From: Pseudobdellovibrionaceae bacterium
GTDB lineage: Bacteria > Bdellovibrionota > Bdellovibrionia > Bdellovibrionales > Bdellovibrionaceae
DNA length: 64,000 bases
Assembly (NCBI GenBank): GCA_044359815.1
Contig: JBIKLL010000002.1
Coordinates: forward strand, 1-64,000
Direction of reading: 5' to 3'
In this document: positions 39,403 through 49,262 of the stretch, piece by piece
Layout of the letters: every line of letters begins with the position of its first letter
Position numbering within the stretch: the first letter of the stretch is position 1
Notes under the pieces: model-generated
What the model was told of the DNA's origin: nothing
Database searches by the model: none
What the model saw: only the letters and a program-made list of their open reading frames with translations
Translations under genes and position numbers: made by a program

Positions 39403-40530
39403 TTATTCTTGTAGCTTCTGAATCAAGTTTGCTGGCACTGAGCCTTTTTTAACAGCCTCAGAAAGCGCTTTGTGATCTGCATGCCCAACCATTTTCTGAG
39501 ATTTCTCCCAAGACAAACCGGCATAGTCTTTCACATGGTGAACTCTGAATTCTAAATTTCTTTTGTATGTGGCTTCCAAATGCGCCGCTGACAGTTTGCC
39601 GTCTGAGACAGCTTTTTTTATAGCTTCGACAGCGATTTGTTGGCTTTCGGGTTCATTACAATACAACAACATGTCGGCCCCGGCTTGCAATGCTCTGACT
39701 GGGATAAAATCCTTGGCATAGTGTTTTGCCATGGCCTTCATATCCAGATCATCAGTGATGACCATTCCGTTAAATCGCAGTTCATCCCGTAAAATATTTT
39801 TCAGAAATTTTTCTGACAATGTAACTGGCCAGTCTGGATCGATATTTTTAAAGCGAATGTGTGCTGTCATTACAAAATTAGCCTTAGATTTAAAAGCTTT
39901 TTTAAATGGAATCATCTCGGTATTTCTGAGCCGTTCCAGGTCGGCCTCTTCAATGGGCAAATCCTCATGGGAATCAATCAAGGTATGACCGTGTCCTGGA
40001 AAATGCTTAATACATGGCAGTACTCCGGCTTTCAGCAAACCTCTGATCAATGCAGAACCGTGTTTTGCAACCAGCTCAGGATCTGAACCCACAGAACGAT
40101 CACCAATGATTTGGTTTTGAGGGTTAGTAAAAATATCCAAGCAAGGAGCGAAATCCACATTGATTCCCACAGCCGCTAGCTCCAGACCCAAAGATTGATA
40201 AGCTAAAAAAGAAACTGTGGGAGAATCCAAATCCCCATAGGCTTTCAGCGCAGGCCATTCTGTGAATGGATTTTTTAGCCTAGCGACCCGGCCACCTTCC
40301 ATATCTATGGCCACAATAAATGGAGCTTTAGATTTCATTTGATGTGACAACTGATGCAGTTCTTGAGTCAGCTCAAAAACTTGTCTGGGGTCTTTGACGT
40401 TTCTGGCAAATAAAGTCACTCCAGAAATATTGTTGTTTAAAATAAATTTCTTTTCATCTTCTGTTAACGACAGTCCCGAAATACCTATACAAATATGTCC
40501 GCCAATGGCTTCAGTGATGTCAGACAACAT
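39403..40530 (-). CDS. nagZ: beta-N-acetylhexosaminidase (GH3)
   Basis: DMEGGRV.R, KHFPGHG.T..DSH, TDDLDM. Confidence 0.92.
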   Translation of the reverse strand: MLSDITEAIGGHICIGISGLSLTEDEKKFILNNNISGVTLFARNVKDPRQVFELTQELHQLSHQMKSKAPFIVAIDMEGGRVARLKNPFTEWPALKAYGDLDSPTVSFLAYQSLGLELAAVGINVDFAPCLDIFTNPQNQIIGDRSVGSDPELVAKHGSALIRGLLKAGVLPCIKHFPGHGHTLIDSHEDLPIEEADLERLRNTEMIPFKKAFKSKANFVMTAHIRFKNIDPDWPVTLSEKFLKNILRDELRFNGMVITDDLDMKAMAKHYAKDFIPVRALQAGADMLLYCNEPESQQIAVEAIKKAVSDGKLSAAHLEATYKRNLEFRVHHVKDYAGLSWEKSQKMVGHADHKALSEAVKKGSVPANLIQKLQE

Positions 40531-41309
40531 TACTTCCCCTTTTCCTTGTACGATTTAGAGACTGGATTTTCCTGCCCCAATGGTACGGCACCAAACAGTG
40601 AAGTCAAAGTATCTGTTGGAATCGGTAAATTCAAAGTTGCCTCAGATGATTGATGTACCAGCTCACTCTGCAAACTGAACGAAGGTGATTTGGTTGATAT
40701 GACTTCGCCTTTTTCAGTAACATAGCTTATGAATTTTACATCCTTGAAATCATTAATCACTCGGTATGCTTGAATTGAATTAACGGCTTCCATTTTCTGA
40801 ACCACTGCCAACCCCTGATAAATTTCTGCGTCTTCTTCAGCAATGGCCTTGTAATCAAATTTTGTTTCCGGTTTAAAGCCAGTTTTGCTTTTTAAAATCA
40901 AGTAGGTCAAAAACGTGCTCAAAAAACTGCCCTTAGGAAGATCCTTTGAAATCTTTTTGTCTTTACCGGATCCGTCCTTGATTGTGGCCGTCATTTTTTG
41001 ATTTTTAAAACTGGCATCTATGGCTTTTGCTGATTTACCTACTAACGTTGTGTAGCTGTAGGAAACCGGAGATAACTTTTCATCAGCAATGGCCTTTAAG
41101 CTTTCAGCCACGTTGCCACCCAGTTCATTGGTTTTTAAAAAACTGGTAGCAATAAATTGCTTTTTTTTGGGATCAAACTCATAGCGATTTACCGAATATC
41201 CAACATGGGCACCACCAGAACTGATTTTGAAATACCCTTCAAACAAAACCTCTGCCCGCAGTTGAAAGCAACTTAAAAAGATTGGTAAAAACAATGTCCA
41301 TCTGACCAT
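40530..41309 (-). CDS. secreted hypothetical protein
   Basis: signal peptide, beta-rich; 1-bp overlap with the nagZ start. Confidence 0.8.
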   Translation of the reverse strand: MVRWTLFLPIFLSCFQLRAEVLFEGYFKISSGGAHVGYSVNRYEFDPKKKQFIATSFLKTNELGGNVAESLKAIADEKLSPVSYSYTTLVGKSAKAIDASFKNQKMTATIKDGSGKDKKISKDLPKGSFLSTFLTYLILKSKTGFKPETKFDYKAIAEEDAEIYQGLAVVQKMEAVNSIQAYRVINDFKDVKFISYVTEKGEVISTKSPSFSLQSELVHQSSEATLNLPIPTDTLTSLFGAVPLGQENPVSKSYKEKGK

Positions 41310-41403
41310 AGTCTGGAACTCCCGCTGCGAGGTTGGTAGATAAAAGTCTGACTTTGTAAAGCTGAACTGTCAAAGACTCAGAAGTCGAGTTTTAATATAA
41401 CAA

Positions 41404-43539
41404 GTGCCTATGAAAAATAAAAACCCCATCAATAAACAAAGTGGCCAAGTAGCGTTGTTTGTTGCTTTGATATTTCAAGTTCTGTTTGTCTTTTTTGCGA
41501 TGATCATCAATATCGGATTACTTGTTCATCATAAAATTAATTTGCAAAATTCTGTCGATCTGGCTGCTTATTATGGTGCGATGAAACAGGCAGAAACTTT
41601 TAATGCTTTGTCACACATCAATTATCAAATCAGACAAGCATACAAATTATTGATGTTCAGGCATCACTCAATTGGAACTGCTGGCTATCAAGGCGACAAG
41701 ACTCCCTTTGATTTTTCAACCAAAAGAATCAAAATCGAAACCGATGAAGAAATTAAATATCCAACTGTGTTTTGCATGGGATACGAACCCGTTAGTGGAA
41801 TTGCCGACAACGAAAACTATTGCAAAGAAGCTTACGGCCAAAACAATATAACCCTGCCAGCAAAACCTGATTTACTGGGCGGAATTGCCAGATTTGGATT
41901 TTTAGGTTTTTACAATGTGATCCGAGGAACATCTATAGCCGCGAATTTGGCTGCCAAAAGAGGATGCGAAAGAATTTCTCAGATGAACTATTATGCGTTG
42001 GCCAGATTTATTGTTGCCTACAAGCAAGACATTGCAAATCGTAAAAAAGTTTTTTTGAAATTGGCGAACGAAATTTCCAAAGACAACCCCAGGGATATCG
42101 AAGGCACTAATATCAAAGAGGGTATGTTTCGCACACTGGTAAGTAATTTGACCTCTCAAAACGCTGGGCCATTAAAATCGGCCTATGGCGAAAAAGGCGA
42201 CGGGGCCGGAGCAAGCAAAGTGAATTTTGAAATTCAGAATTCCTTGTCATTGGCCGACTGTGGATCAAAAGGCAGCGAATTTGAACCCCCCGGCTGGTTA
42301 ACGGAACAGCTGTTCTGGAATCCATTTTGGTACGAAGATGCAAATTGCAGCGGCGAAACTGCAATTTCTTGGATTCCGCAGGTAATTAACTATCCGGCCA
42401 ATGCGCCCAGAAATATCGGGGACATTGTTACCAGACAATTTGTGGAACAAGTTAACGACTATCTGATGGAGCCCCCACCAGATAATGCCGAACTGAGGCT
42501 TTATCATTCGTCCATGGGGTTTGAGAAAAATCCATGGTGCATGTCTTATATGGGAGTCACTGCTACTACAACCCCATCCATTCCGTTTTCGCCAGGTTTT
42601 ACTGTCACACTGAAAGCCACGGCATATGCTAAACCCTTTGGCGGCAAACTGGGCACTTGGTACGGATCGACTTGGCCCAATGGTGCGCAGACCTCATCGA
42701 TGACTCCTGAAATCACAGAAAAACCTGGGCCGGTTCGCCGAATCCCTGGCGAAGACATCGATCCCAATAGGTTCAGACAAAATAATTCCCATGTTGATCA
42801 CAGTATTGCCAGATACCCTGGTGATGTCGCAGGAGTCAGATCAAATCTGACATTGGCATATCATCACCGTGCGATCTTCAGTAACGGAATCATAAAGCTT
42901 GGATGGTGGGATCATTTATTTTCAGAGGAAATCGGCAAATCTGGTTCCAGTAACGATCCTTTGGCGTGGGACGCAGATACAAATGCCGCTCCGTTTATGC
43001 GTGATATGGAAATCGAAGCCATCGCCCCGAACCTGTTTGATGTGGCCAATTACTCGATTGAAGCTGACTGGTACGATAATTACCTGGTCAAAATCAGAAG
43101 GGGATATGCTGCCGAAATCAACACTGTTGTCAGAGGGGATTTGGGTTACCGCGAAAATGCTAATGACAATTTAACTAAGAAATTTTCCATCAAAGATCAG
43201 CTTAATCACGTAGCTAACCCTAGCAAAACCAGAACTGACATCGCAAACAAACTGACTTACACTCTGACAAACTTGGGATCATTGTTGACCAGTTGGCAAG
43301 CACCTAGTCCCGACAATTACGTTCTGGATAGCGATCGCTTTGGTAAATGCCCAGAACCCGTCAAAGAAGAAGACGCACCTGATATGAACGCTCCTGGTAA
43401 TTGCAAAAAGGGAGCAAGGGTCGGTTACAGTGTAAAGTTAGTTTCAGAAGATTATCTGAAAAATCAAAGTTCATTAGAGATCGGCGGATCCGGGGCATCT
43501 GGTATTATTAAAAACAAACCTACACTGAGCGCCAAATAA
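41404..43539 (+). CDS. TadG-like Flp/Tad pilus-associated protein
   Basis: prepilin-like SGQVALFVALIF, then LQNSVDLAAYYGA Tad motif; alternative ATG at 41410. Confidence 0.8.
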   Translation: MPMKNKNPINKQSGQVALFVALIFQVLFVFFAMIINIGLLVHHKINLQNSVDLAAYYGAMKQAETFNALSHINYQIRQAYKLLMFRHHSIGTAGYQGDKTPFDFSTKRIKIETDEEIKYPTVFCMGYEPVSGIADNENYCKEAYGQNNITLPAKPDLLGGIARFGFLGFYNVIRGTSIAANLAAKRGCERISQMNYYALARFIVAYKQDIANRKKVFLKLANEISKDNPRDIEGTNIKEGMFRTLVSNLTSQNAGPLKSAYGEKGDGAGASKVNFEIQNSLSLADCGSKGSEFEPPGWLTEQLFWNPFWYEDANCSGETAISWIPQVINYPANAPRNIGDIVTRQFVEQVNDYLMEPPPDNAELRLYHSSMGFEKNPWCMSYMGVTATTTPSIPFSPGFTVTLKATAYAKPFGGKLGTWYGSTWPNGAQTSSMTPEITEKPGPVRRIPGEDIDPNRFRQNNSHVDHSIARYPGDVAGVRSNLTLAYHHRAIFSNGIIKLGWWDHLFSEEIGKSGSSNDPLAWDADTNAAPFMRDMEIEAIAPNLFDVANYSIEADWYDNYLVKIRRGYAAEINTVVRGDLGYRENANDNLTKKFSIKDQLNHVANPSKTRTDIANKLTYTLTNLGSLLTSWQAPSPDNYVLDSDRFGKCPEPVKEEDAPDMNAPGNCKKGARVGYSVKLVSEDYLKNQSSLEIGGSGASGIIKNKPTLSAK

Positions 43540-43660
43540 AATTATGGGGAATAAACAGAAGCGCCCTGCTGTACAAGAGCTGTGCAGCTTAGCTAGACCT
43601 TGGGCCAGATCAAAATTGCAAAGCTACAGCCTTAGCTGAAAAATCTTTAAGCTAACCAGA

Positions 43661-44254
43661 ATGATAAAATATTTATTTCTGATAATGTTGGTTTCAAATA
43701 ATGCTAGTGCATTCAAAGACGGTGCTTGGAATTTAGGTATTGGATACTTTGGCCAAAACCAATTTGGCAAAATCACAAAGGACATCACAGGTAAGGCATC
43801 ATCTTCAGGAACATTCACGCTGCCCTTTATCGTGCGCTTTGATGGCGAAATTAAGGATGATTATTTTATGGCAGTACGACTTGAAGCTGGCTTGCTGGGA
43901 CGCCAGATGACAGGCGGCGGAACAGTTAATATTTATCATTTATATTTTCCAGTGGGCGGCAATATCAGTCTGCCAAACAATCAAATTTTTGAATGGTATG
44001 GTGGACTGGGTATTATGACTTCTTACTTTAAAGGACCCGGTGGAACTCAGGTTTTGGATAACGGAAACTCTACCTCAACATTTGCTTTGCCTTCGTCAAC
44101 AACCTCGAGCCGAATTTACACCATTGGCGCAGGATGCGGAGTTTATTTTGAAAAAACCGATCTAGGATTCACATTGGATTTATTATTAGAGGGCCCTTTG
44201 GGTGGCAAAAAAACTGCGATGGACACATTGATGTCTTTGGTGATTCAACTATGA
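43661..44254 (+). CDS. small outer-membrane beta-barrel-like protein
   Basis: signal peptide, amphipathic strands (WYGGLG, IGAGCG). Confidence 0.7.
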   Translation: MIKYLFLIMLVSNNASAFKDGAWNLGIGYFGQNQFGKITKDITGKASSSGTFTLPFIVRFDGEIKDDYFMAVRLEAGLLGRQMTGGGTVNIYHLYFPVGGNISLPNNQIFEWYGGLGIMTSYFKGPGGTQVLDNGNSTSTFALPSSTTSSRIYTIGAGCGVYFEKTDLGFTLDLLLEGPLGGKKTAMDTLMSLVIQL

Positions 44255-44982
44255 AAATTATAACACTGCTTTTGTTTTTCTCTTTAAGTGCCGAAGCGTT
44301 TACCTTGATTGGGGCTGGGGGTAAAGGTTGGCGAAGAAATGATATCGCTTTCAGCTACGACATTTCAGAATGTCCTAATTTTAATATTGAACCAGTGCTC
44401 ACACAGGCATTTGCCATTTGGAACAATATCCCTGGATCAAATTTGAAACTGAGTCTTGCTGGTGCAACCACCAATCGAATAAAGGATCCTCCAACAATTT
44501 TTTGTGAAACTGATTTTAGCACCTACGGCAGCATTAATAACATTCCAGGAGTTGCATTGGATCCTTCCGAGGATTCAGAAGGTTACATTGATGGTGGCTT
44601 TGTGGTTCTAAATGCATCTGCAGGACAAGCCAGTATAAATAATTTTGATCCAACCTTGCTGGCAGTGATTCTGGCCCACGAAATTGGACACGCAATTGGC
44701 TTAGGTCATACCAGTGATCAGAATGCCTTGATGTATTTTGATGCCAGCTACAAAACCTCATTGGGACTATCACAAGACGATATTGATGGAGTGACCTATC
44801 TGTATCCACGGGATGAATTGAGTGGTGACAAACCTTTTGGTTGCGCGCGAATTGAAAATATAAACAATAATAACAATTCACGAATGATTTTATTGTTACT
44901 GTTGTTACCATTATTGGCGGCAATAATTTTGCGAATGGCCCGTGCTAAGCGAAAACTTTTTGGACGCACTGTCAATATTTAG
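44251..44982 (+). CDS. matrixin-family (M10) zinc metalloprotease with C-terminal TM anchor
   Basis: HEIGHAIGLGH, Met-turn ALMY, LSQDDIDG; GC motif then TM and basic tail. Confidence 0.9.
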   Translation: MKIITLLLFFSLSAEAFTLIGAGGKGWRRNDIAFSYDISECPNFNIEPVLTQAFAIWNNIPGSNLKLSLAGATTNRIKDPPTIFCETDFSTYGSINNIPGVALDPSEDSEGYIDGGFVVLNASAGQASINNFDPTLLAVILAHEIGHAIGLGHTSDQNALMYFDASYKTSLGLSQDDIDGVTYLYPRDELSGDKPFGCARIENINNNNNSRMILLLLLLPLLAAIILRMARAKRKLFGRTVNI

Positions 44983-45082
44983 CGGCCGTTAGTGACTGAA
45001 ATCATTCAATTTTAAAAAAACCTCTTAATTTTTTTTGCTCAAAACATTTGCTTATCATGCAATTCTCTCTTGAAATAATCAG

Positions 45083-45655
45083 ATGGAAATTAATTTTACA
45101 AACTTTACGGGCACCCAAGTTGATTCAAAATTATGGCTATGCAAAGAGCTTGAAGCCACGATGTTGGACAAAACTCTTTTAAAAATTTGGATTTTAGGTT
45201 CTTCATACAGTTTATTGGCTCAACAGCTGTTAACCCGTGAAAGGATTTCTATCAGTTTGATCAGGTCTTTTGATTTGGATAAATCAGCTGTCGAGTTTTC
45301 AAACAAATTTTTGGAAACTTGGGTTTGGAAGGATTGGTCCTTCAGAGCTTTTCATTTGGATGCTAATAAATTGAAATTTAATGAGACTGCTTTTGGCGGG
45401 GAGCCTGATCTGGTCATTAATGCTAACGTTGAAAAATTCGCATCCAGAAATTGGTGGGATAATATACCTTCAGGAAAACTGGTGGTGTTGCAAGGTCGCT
45501 TGGAAGATAACAGTGACTACGTTTTCAAGAATCCAAATTTAACTGCTATAAAAAATGAATTTGCTCTGGAAAAAGTTCTATTTGAGGGAACAAAAACCTT
45601 TACCTTCGCCCAGTACAGTACAACTCGATGGATGTTGATCGGTACCAAGTACTAA
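45083..45655 (+). CDS. hypothetical protein, class I SAM-methyltransferase-like
   Basis: IWILGSSYSLL, IRSFDLD, DAN and PDLVIN segments spaced like Rossmann methyltransferase motifs. Confidence 0.6.
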   Translation: MEINFTNFTGTQVDSKLWLCKELEATMLDKTLLKIWILGSSYSLLAQQLLTRERISISLIRSFDLDKSAVEFSNKFLETWVWKDWSFRAFHLDANKLKFNETAFGGEPDLVINANVEKFASRNWWDNIPSGKLVVLQGRLEDNSDYVFKNPNLTAIKNEFALEKVLFEGTKTFTFAQYSTTRWMLIGTKY

Positions 45656-45822
45656 GAATCTTAGTTTGAGTCGCAGATTTTTTATTCGATATTTGTGACC
45701 TAAACAGTGTTTTATGAGATATTTCCTCAAGTACTGATATCCTCTGATTTAAACCCTTTAAAAACCAGGTAAGCTATTGATATCTAGTATGTTTTCTGCA
45801 TCCCTAAATCGGTGGGGGTAGC

Positions 45823-46497
45823 ATGCAAACAAAGAATTTAGTCCTATTTTTGGTTTTCACTCAGATTAACCTGATGGCCTTCAATGCCACAGCTCAGGAT
45901 CAGACTTCTGATACAAAATTTATTGAAGTCTCAGATGATTATGCTCCGCCGATGGGTTTTGCCTTTGGATTTCGGCAATTACAAATAACCCATCATCATG
46001 AGAAATCTTATACATTAGATTCCGATGGTCCTACTAGGTATTATGAAGGAACAAGCGCTCTTTATGGACTAAAATTTTCCTATGATTCATTACCATCAAG
46101 TGGATGGGGCTGGAACATAGGACTTTCTTTTTTAACATACTCTGAGTACGGATCAGGTGAAAGCACTGTCCCTGAGTTTAATATATTATATAGAGTTTCA
46201 GAGAAATTTAAGTTTTATGGCGGAGTAAATACTTGGTCTATGATCAAAGATGCAAAGACCAAGGGTGACTATTTTCTGGGTATGGGGCAACAGATAGGAG
46301 TTATATTTAATCCGACTCCTATAGTTTCTTTTTCGCTCGGATACACCAGACTGGTAACTACATATAGAAATATGGATCACTATCAACCTCCAATGACTCT
46401 AACAGAAGGCTCTACACCAAGTGATCCAAAGTACTTCGGAAGAAACACTGAAATTTCGGCAGGTGGAGTTTCAGGCGAAATCACTTTTTATTTTTAA
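45823..46497 (+). CDS. outer-membrane beta-barrel-like protein
   Basis: signal peptide, amphipathic strands, C-terminal TFYF. Confidence 0.75.
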   Translation: MQTKNLVLFLVFTQINLMAFNATAQDQTSDTKFIEVSDDYAPPMGFAFGFRQLQITHHHEKSYTLDSDGPTRYYEGTSALYGLKFSYDSLPSSGWGWNIGLSFLTYSEYGSGESTVPEFNILYRVSEKFKFYGGVNTWSMIKDAKTKGDYFLGMGQQIGVIFNPTPIVSFSLGYTRLVTTYRNMDHYQPPMTLTEGSTPSDPKYFGRNTEISAGGVSGEITFYF

Positions 46498-46514
46498 AAA
46501 ATTTTTGGACGGCT

Positions 46515-47039
46515 CTAATCAGAATTTCTGCAATAAAAGTTCAAAACTTCCCAACCTTGTTTGCGAAAAAAGCTGCTTTTAATTACAGAACTTCCAAGAT
46601 TTACCAGATAGGTCTTATTAGTTTTTTGAACCAACTGCAGCAGCATTCTTGATTGTTTGTTTGGACTCAAAAAAAACTGGGTTTCGTAAAATCTTTGGAT
46701 TGAATATTCATCATTTGAAAACCAATCAGCGCTAAGCAATTCTGATTCAATCTCTGCTTCTTTAAATTCCAAATAAGATCCTTGCGAGTCTTCCAATGAT
46801 TTGGCCAAATCCTGCAGTTTTTTTTCAAAAAATCCAAGGTTTGAAAAACTGACCCTAACTTTATCTTGAAAAGCCGATTCAACCTGAAATGCCAAAACCC
46901 CTCTGGAATCATAGCAAAGCAAAGTTTCAGCATTCGTCGCTAAAGCCAAGTTTGAATAAATCGTCAATATCGATAAAATTATTCTTACCATCATCATACC
47001 CACTAAATAATAAAATTTTTTGAGGTTTATAATGAACAA
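46515..47039 (-). CDS. secreted hypothetical protein
   Basis: hydrophobic signal after the MMM cluster (true start probably near 46997), Cys near each end. Confidence 0.6.
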   Translation of the reverse strand: MFIINLKKFYYLVGMMMVRIILSILTIYSNLALATNAETLLCYDSRGVLAFQVESAFQDKVRVSFSNLGFFEKKLQDLAKSLEDSQGSYLEFKEAEIESELLSADWFSNDEYSIQRFYETQFFLSPNKQSRMLLQLVQKTNKTYLVNLGSSVIKSSFFRKQGWEVLNFYCRNSD

Positions 47040-47060
47040 TCTTTCCGTTTACAACTTTTT

Positions 47061-47442
47061 TCCGCCACTCCCAAAATACACTCTAACGAGGCGAACAAGA
47101 ACTTGCGACTGAGGCGAGGTTACTACCACGTCGCAAGGAAGCAAGTTTGCAGTTCAACAATGTTAGAGTGTATTTTCGGAGTGGCGGAGAGAGAGGGATT
47201 GACTCGGGCTCATGCCCTCGTCCCCTCGCTTCGCTCGGGGCTTACGCTCAAAATTAGCCTCCTGCTAATTTTGTCGAACCCAAGGGTACGAACCATCACC
47301 ATATCCGCCACTCGAAAAAACCCCAAAGACAAGGCGCAGAGATAGTGAAAACCGAGGCAGTTCAAAGCGCCAGTGGCGCTTTGATTGATAAGTCGCAGGT
47401 TTGAGCTATCGAATGCAACGATGTATTTGGGGTTTTGTCGAG
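47061..47442 (-). repeat. tRNA-linked rtT-like repeat region with two fold-backs
   Basis: second copy of the tRNA 3' end at 47182-47200; T-arm split by inserted hairpins; IRs 47061-47087/47162-47188 and 47304-47327/47426-47449. Confidence 0.75.
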
Positions 47443-47532
47443 TGGCGGAGAGAGAGGGATTCGAACCCTCGAAGCCCGCGAAGGCTTGCCAGTTTTCAAG
47501 ACTGGTGTATTCAACCGCTCTACCATCTCTCC
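47443..47532 (-). tRNA. tRNA-Ser (anticodon TGA)
   Basis: GGAGAGATGG...CCAGTC-TTGAAA-ACTGG, long variable arm, GGTTCGAATCC, encoded CCA; 90 nt. Confidence 0.97.
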
Positions 47533-47603
47533 GAGATCGGTTTTATGTGTTTTGCCCACTCGGATCAACGGAATTTTTGGTTTTTTTCTAGACGCGGATG
47601 CGC

Positions 47604-48905
47604 TTAAGACTTCTTAATCTCGGATTTTCCGCTCATATAAGGCCTTAAAACTTTGGGAACCTCAATGGAGCCATCTTCCTTTTGATAGTTTTCCAAAATA
47701 GCGATCAAAGTTCTGCCAACTGCCAAGCCACTGCCATTAATAGTGTGAACAAACTGTGGCTTTCCGCCACCACCGGGCCTGAATCTGATCATGGCTCTGC
47801 GGGCTTGAAAGTCTTCAAAATTCGAACACGAACTGATTTCACGGTAGGAATCTGTTCCTGGCAAATGAACTTCCAGATCAAAACATTTTGCAGCTCCAAA
47901 ACCAATATCACGACTGCATAAGAGCATTCTTTTGTAGGGAAGCTCCAAATCCTCTAAACATTTCTCAGCATGCAAGGTCAGTTGTTCGTGCAATTGATAG
48001 GACTGTGATGGATGCGAATAAATCATCAGCTCAACTTTGTGAAACTGATGCTGTCTGATCAAACCTTTTGTGTCACGACCGTGCGATCCGGCTTCCGATC
48101 TAAAACAAGGTGAAAAAGCCGCAAATTTTTGTGGCAACATGGATTCTTCTAATATTTCATCACGGTAGTAATTTGTAACTGGAACTTCCGCAGTAGAAGC
48201 TAAAAAATAATCAGTTTTTTCCAAATGAAACACGTCTTCGACAAATTTTGGGAACTGTCCCGTTCCTATATACGAATTTGTATTAACCATGTAAGGGGGA
48301 ATCATTTCCACGTAGCCATGTTTTTGGCTGTGTAAATCCATAAAATACTGAATCAGTGCTCGTTCTAACTGTGCTGCGCCACCTTTTAAAAACGCAAAAC
48401 GTGTTCCGGTGACTTTCCCAGCTCTTTCAAAATCGATTATCCCCAGCTGCTCACCAATGTCCCAATGCTCTTTGGCCTTAAATGAAAATTTTCTGGGTTG
48501 GCCGATTTTTTTAATTTCAACATTGTCTTCTGCCCCTTTACCCTCGGGGACCTCGGCATTTAGTTGATTAGGAAGCGTTAGCAGAATTTTATTAACTTCT
48601 TGATCGACCTCAGAAGCCTTTGCTTCCAATTCTTTAACCTGCCCCGACAGCTTGCCCATTTCGCCTAACAAACTGCTGGCGTCTTTACCCTCACGCTTTA
48701 ATTTCGCAATTTCACCACTGGCTTTATTTTGCGACGCCTTGGCTGTTTCAGCGGCGGTGATAAATTCTTTGCGCTTTTTATTTAAAGCAAGAACTTCATT
48801 CAATCCATCGGTGGGGTATCCACGCATTTGCAAAGTTTTTTTGTATGCCACCAGGGTTGGTGATTCTGAATCACCTTTATTTTCAAGCAGTTTGATATCA
48901 ATCAT
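47604..48905 (-). CDS. serS: serine--tRNA ligase
   Basis: [39 protein letters not shown]. Confidence 0.97.
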   Translation of the reverse strand: MIDIKLLENKGDSESPTLVAYKKTLQMRGYPTDGLNEVLALNKKRKEFITAAETAKASQNKASGEIAKLKREGKDASSLLGEMGKLSGQVKELEAKASEVDQEVNKILLTLPNQLNAEVPEGKGAEDNVEIKKIGQPRKFSFKAKEHWDIGEQLGIIDFERAGKVTGTRFAFLKGGAAQLERALIQYFMDLHSQKHGYVEMIPPYMVNTNSYIGTGQFPKFVEDVFHLEKTDYFLASTAEVPVTNYYRDEILEESMLPQKFAAFSPCFRSEAGSHGRDTKGLIRQHQFHKVELMIYSHPSQSYQLHEQLTLHAEKCLEDLELPYKRMLLCSRDIGFGAAKCFDLEVHLPGTDSYREISSCSNFEDFQARRAMIRFRPGGGGKPQFVHTINGSGLAVGRTLIAILENYQKEDGSIEVPKVLRPYMSGKSEIKKS

Positions 48906-48917
48906 TGAGTTGCCTTT

Positions 48918-49226
48918 TTAAGGAGCCATTAAGATGTACATTCTTAAAAGCAACCCAACCAAAACGCAAATTAAATCAAAAAGCAAAACCTGCAAAATAG
49001 ACCAATTCCAAAGCAATCTCATAACCAGACTGGTTACCACTACCATTATGAAAACAAAGGCAAAGTTACCGAAAGTCATCATTTCTTGCATGATCAAGGC
49101 CACCGTGTAGGCCAGCATAAAAGAAGTGAAGGATTTTAATGAAACTCCAAAAATTGATGTTGTGGACCGCTTTACGCCATCTTGCATCTGCGATGCGATT
49201 CGCTCTACCTTATCAGTGATTCCCAT
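48918..49226 (-). CDS. small membrane protein
   Basis: three TM segments; GAGGGGG RBS before ATG 49226. Confidence 0.75.
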   Translation of the reverse strand: MGITDKVERIASQMQDGVKRSTTSIFGVSLKSFTSFMLAYTVALIMQEMMTFGNFAFVFIMVVVTSLVMRLLWNWSILQVLLFDLICVLVGLLLRMYILMAP

Positions 49227-49262
49227 AAATCCCCCTCTTTCAATAGACTGACACAAAAAAAT

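Noticed and set aside
47182..47200. Duplicated tRNA 3' end as the att site of a prophage or ICE
   Set aside because: It is only about 260 bp from the tRNA, there is no integrase, and an rtT-like repeat explains it better.
47103..47617. Short ORFs over the tRNA and repeat region
   Set aside because: They overlap the tRNA and structured repeats and have no protein features.
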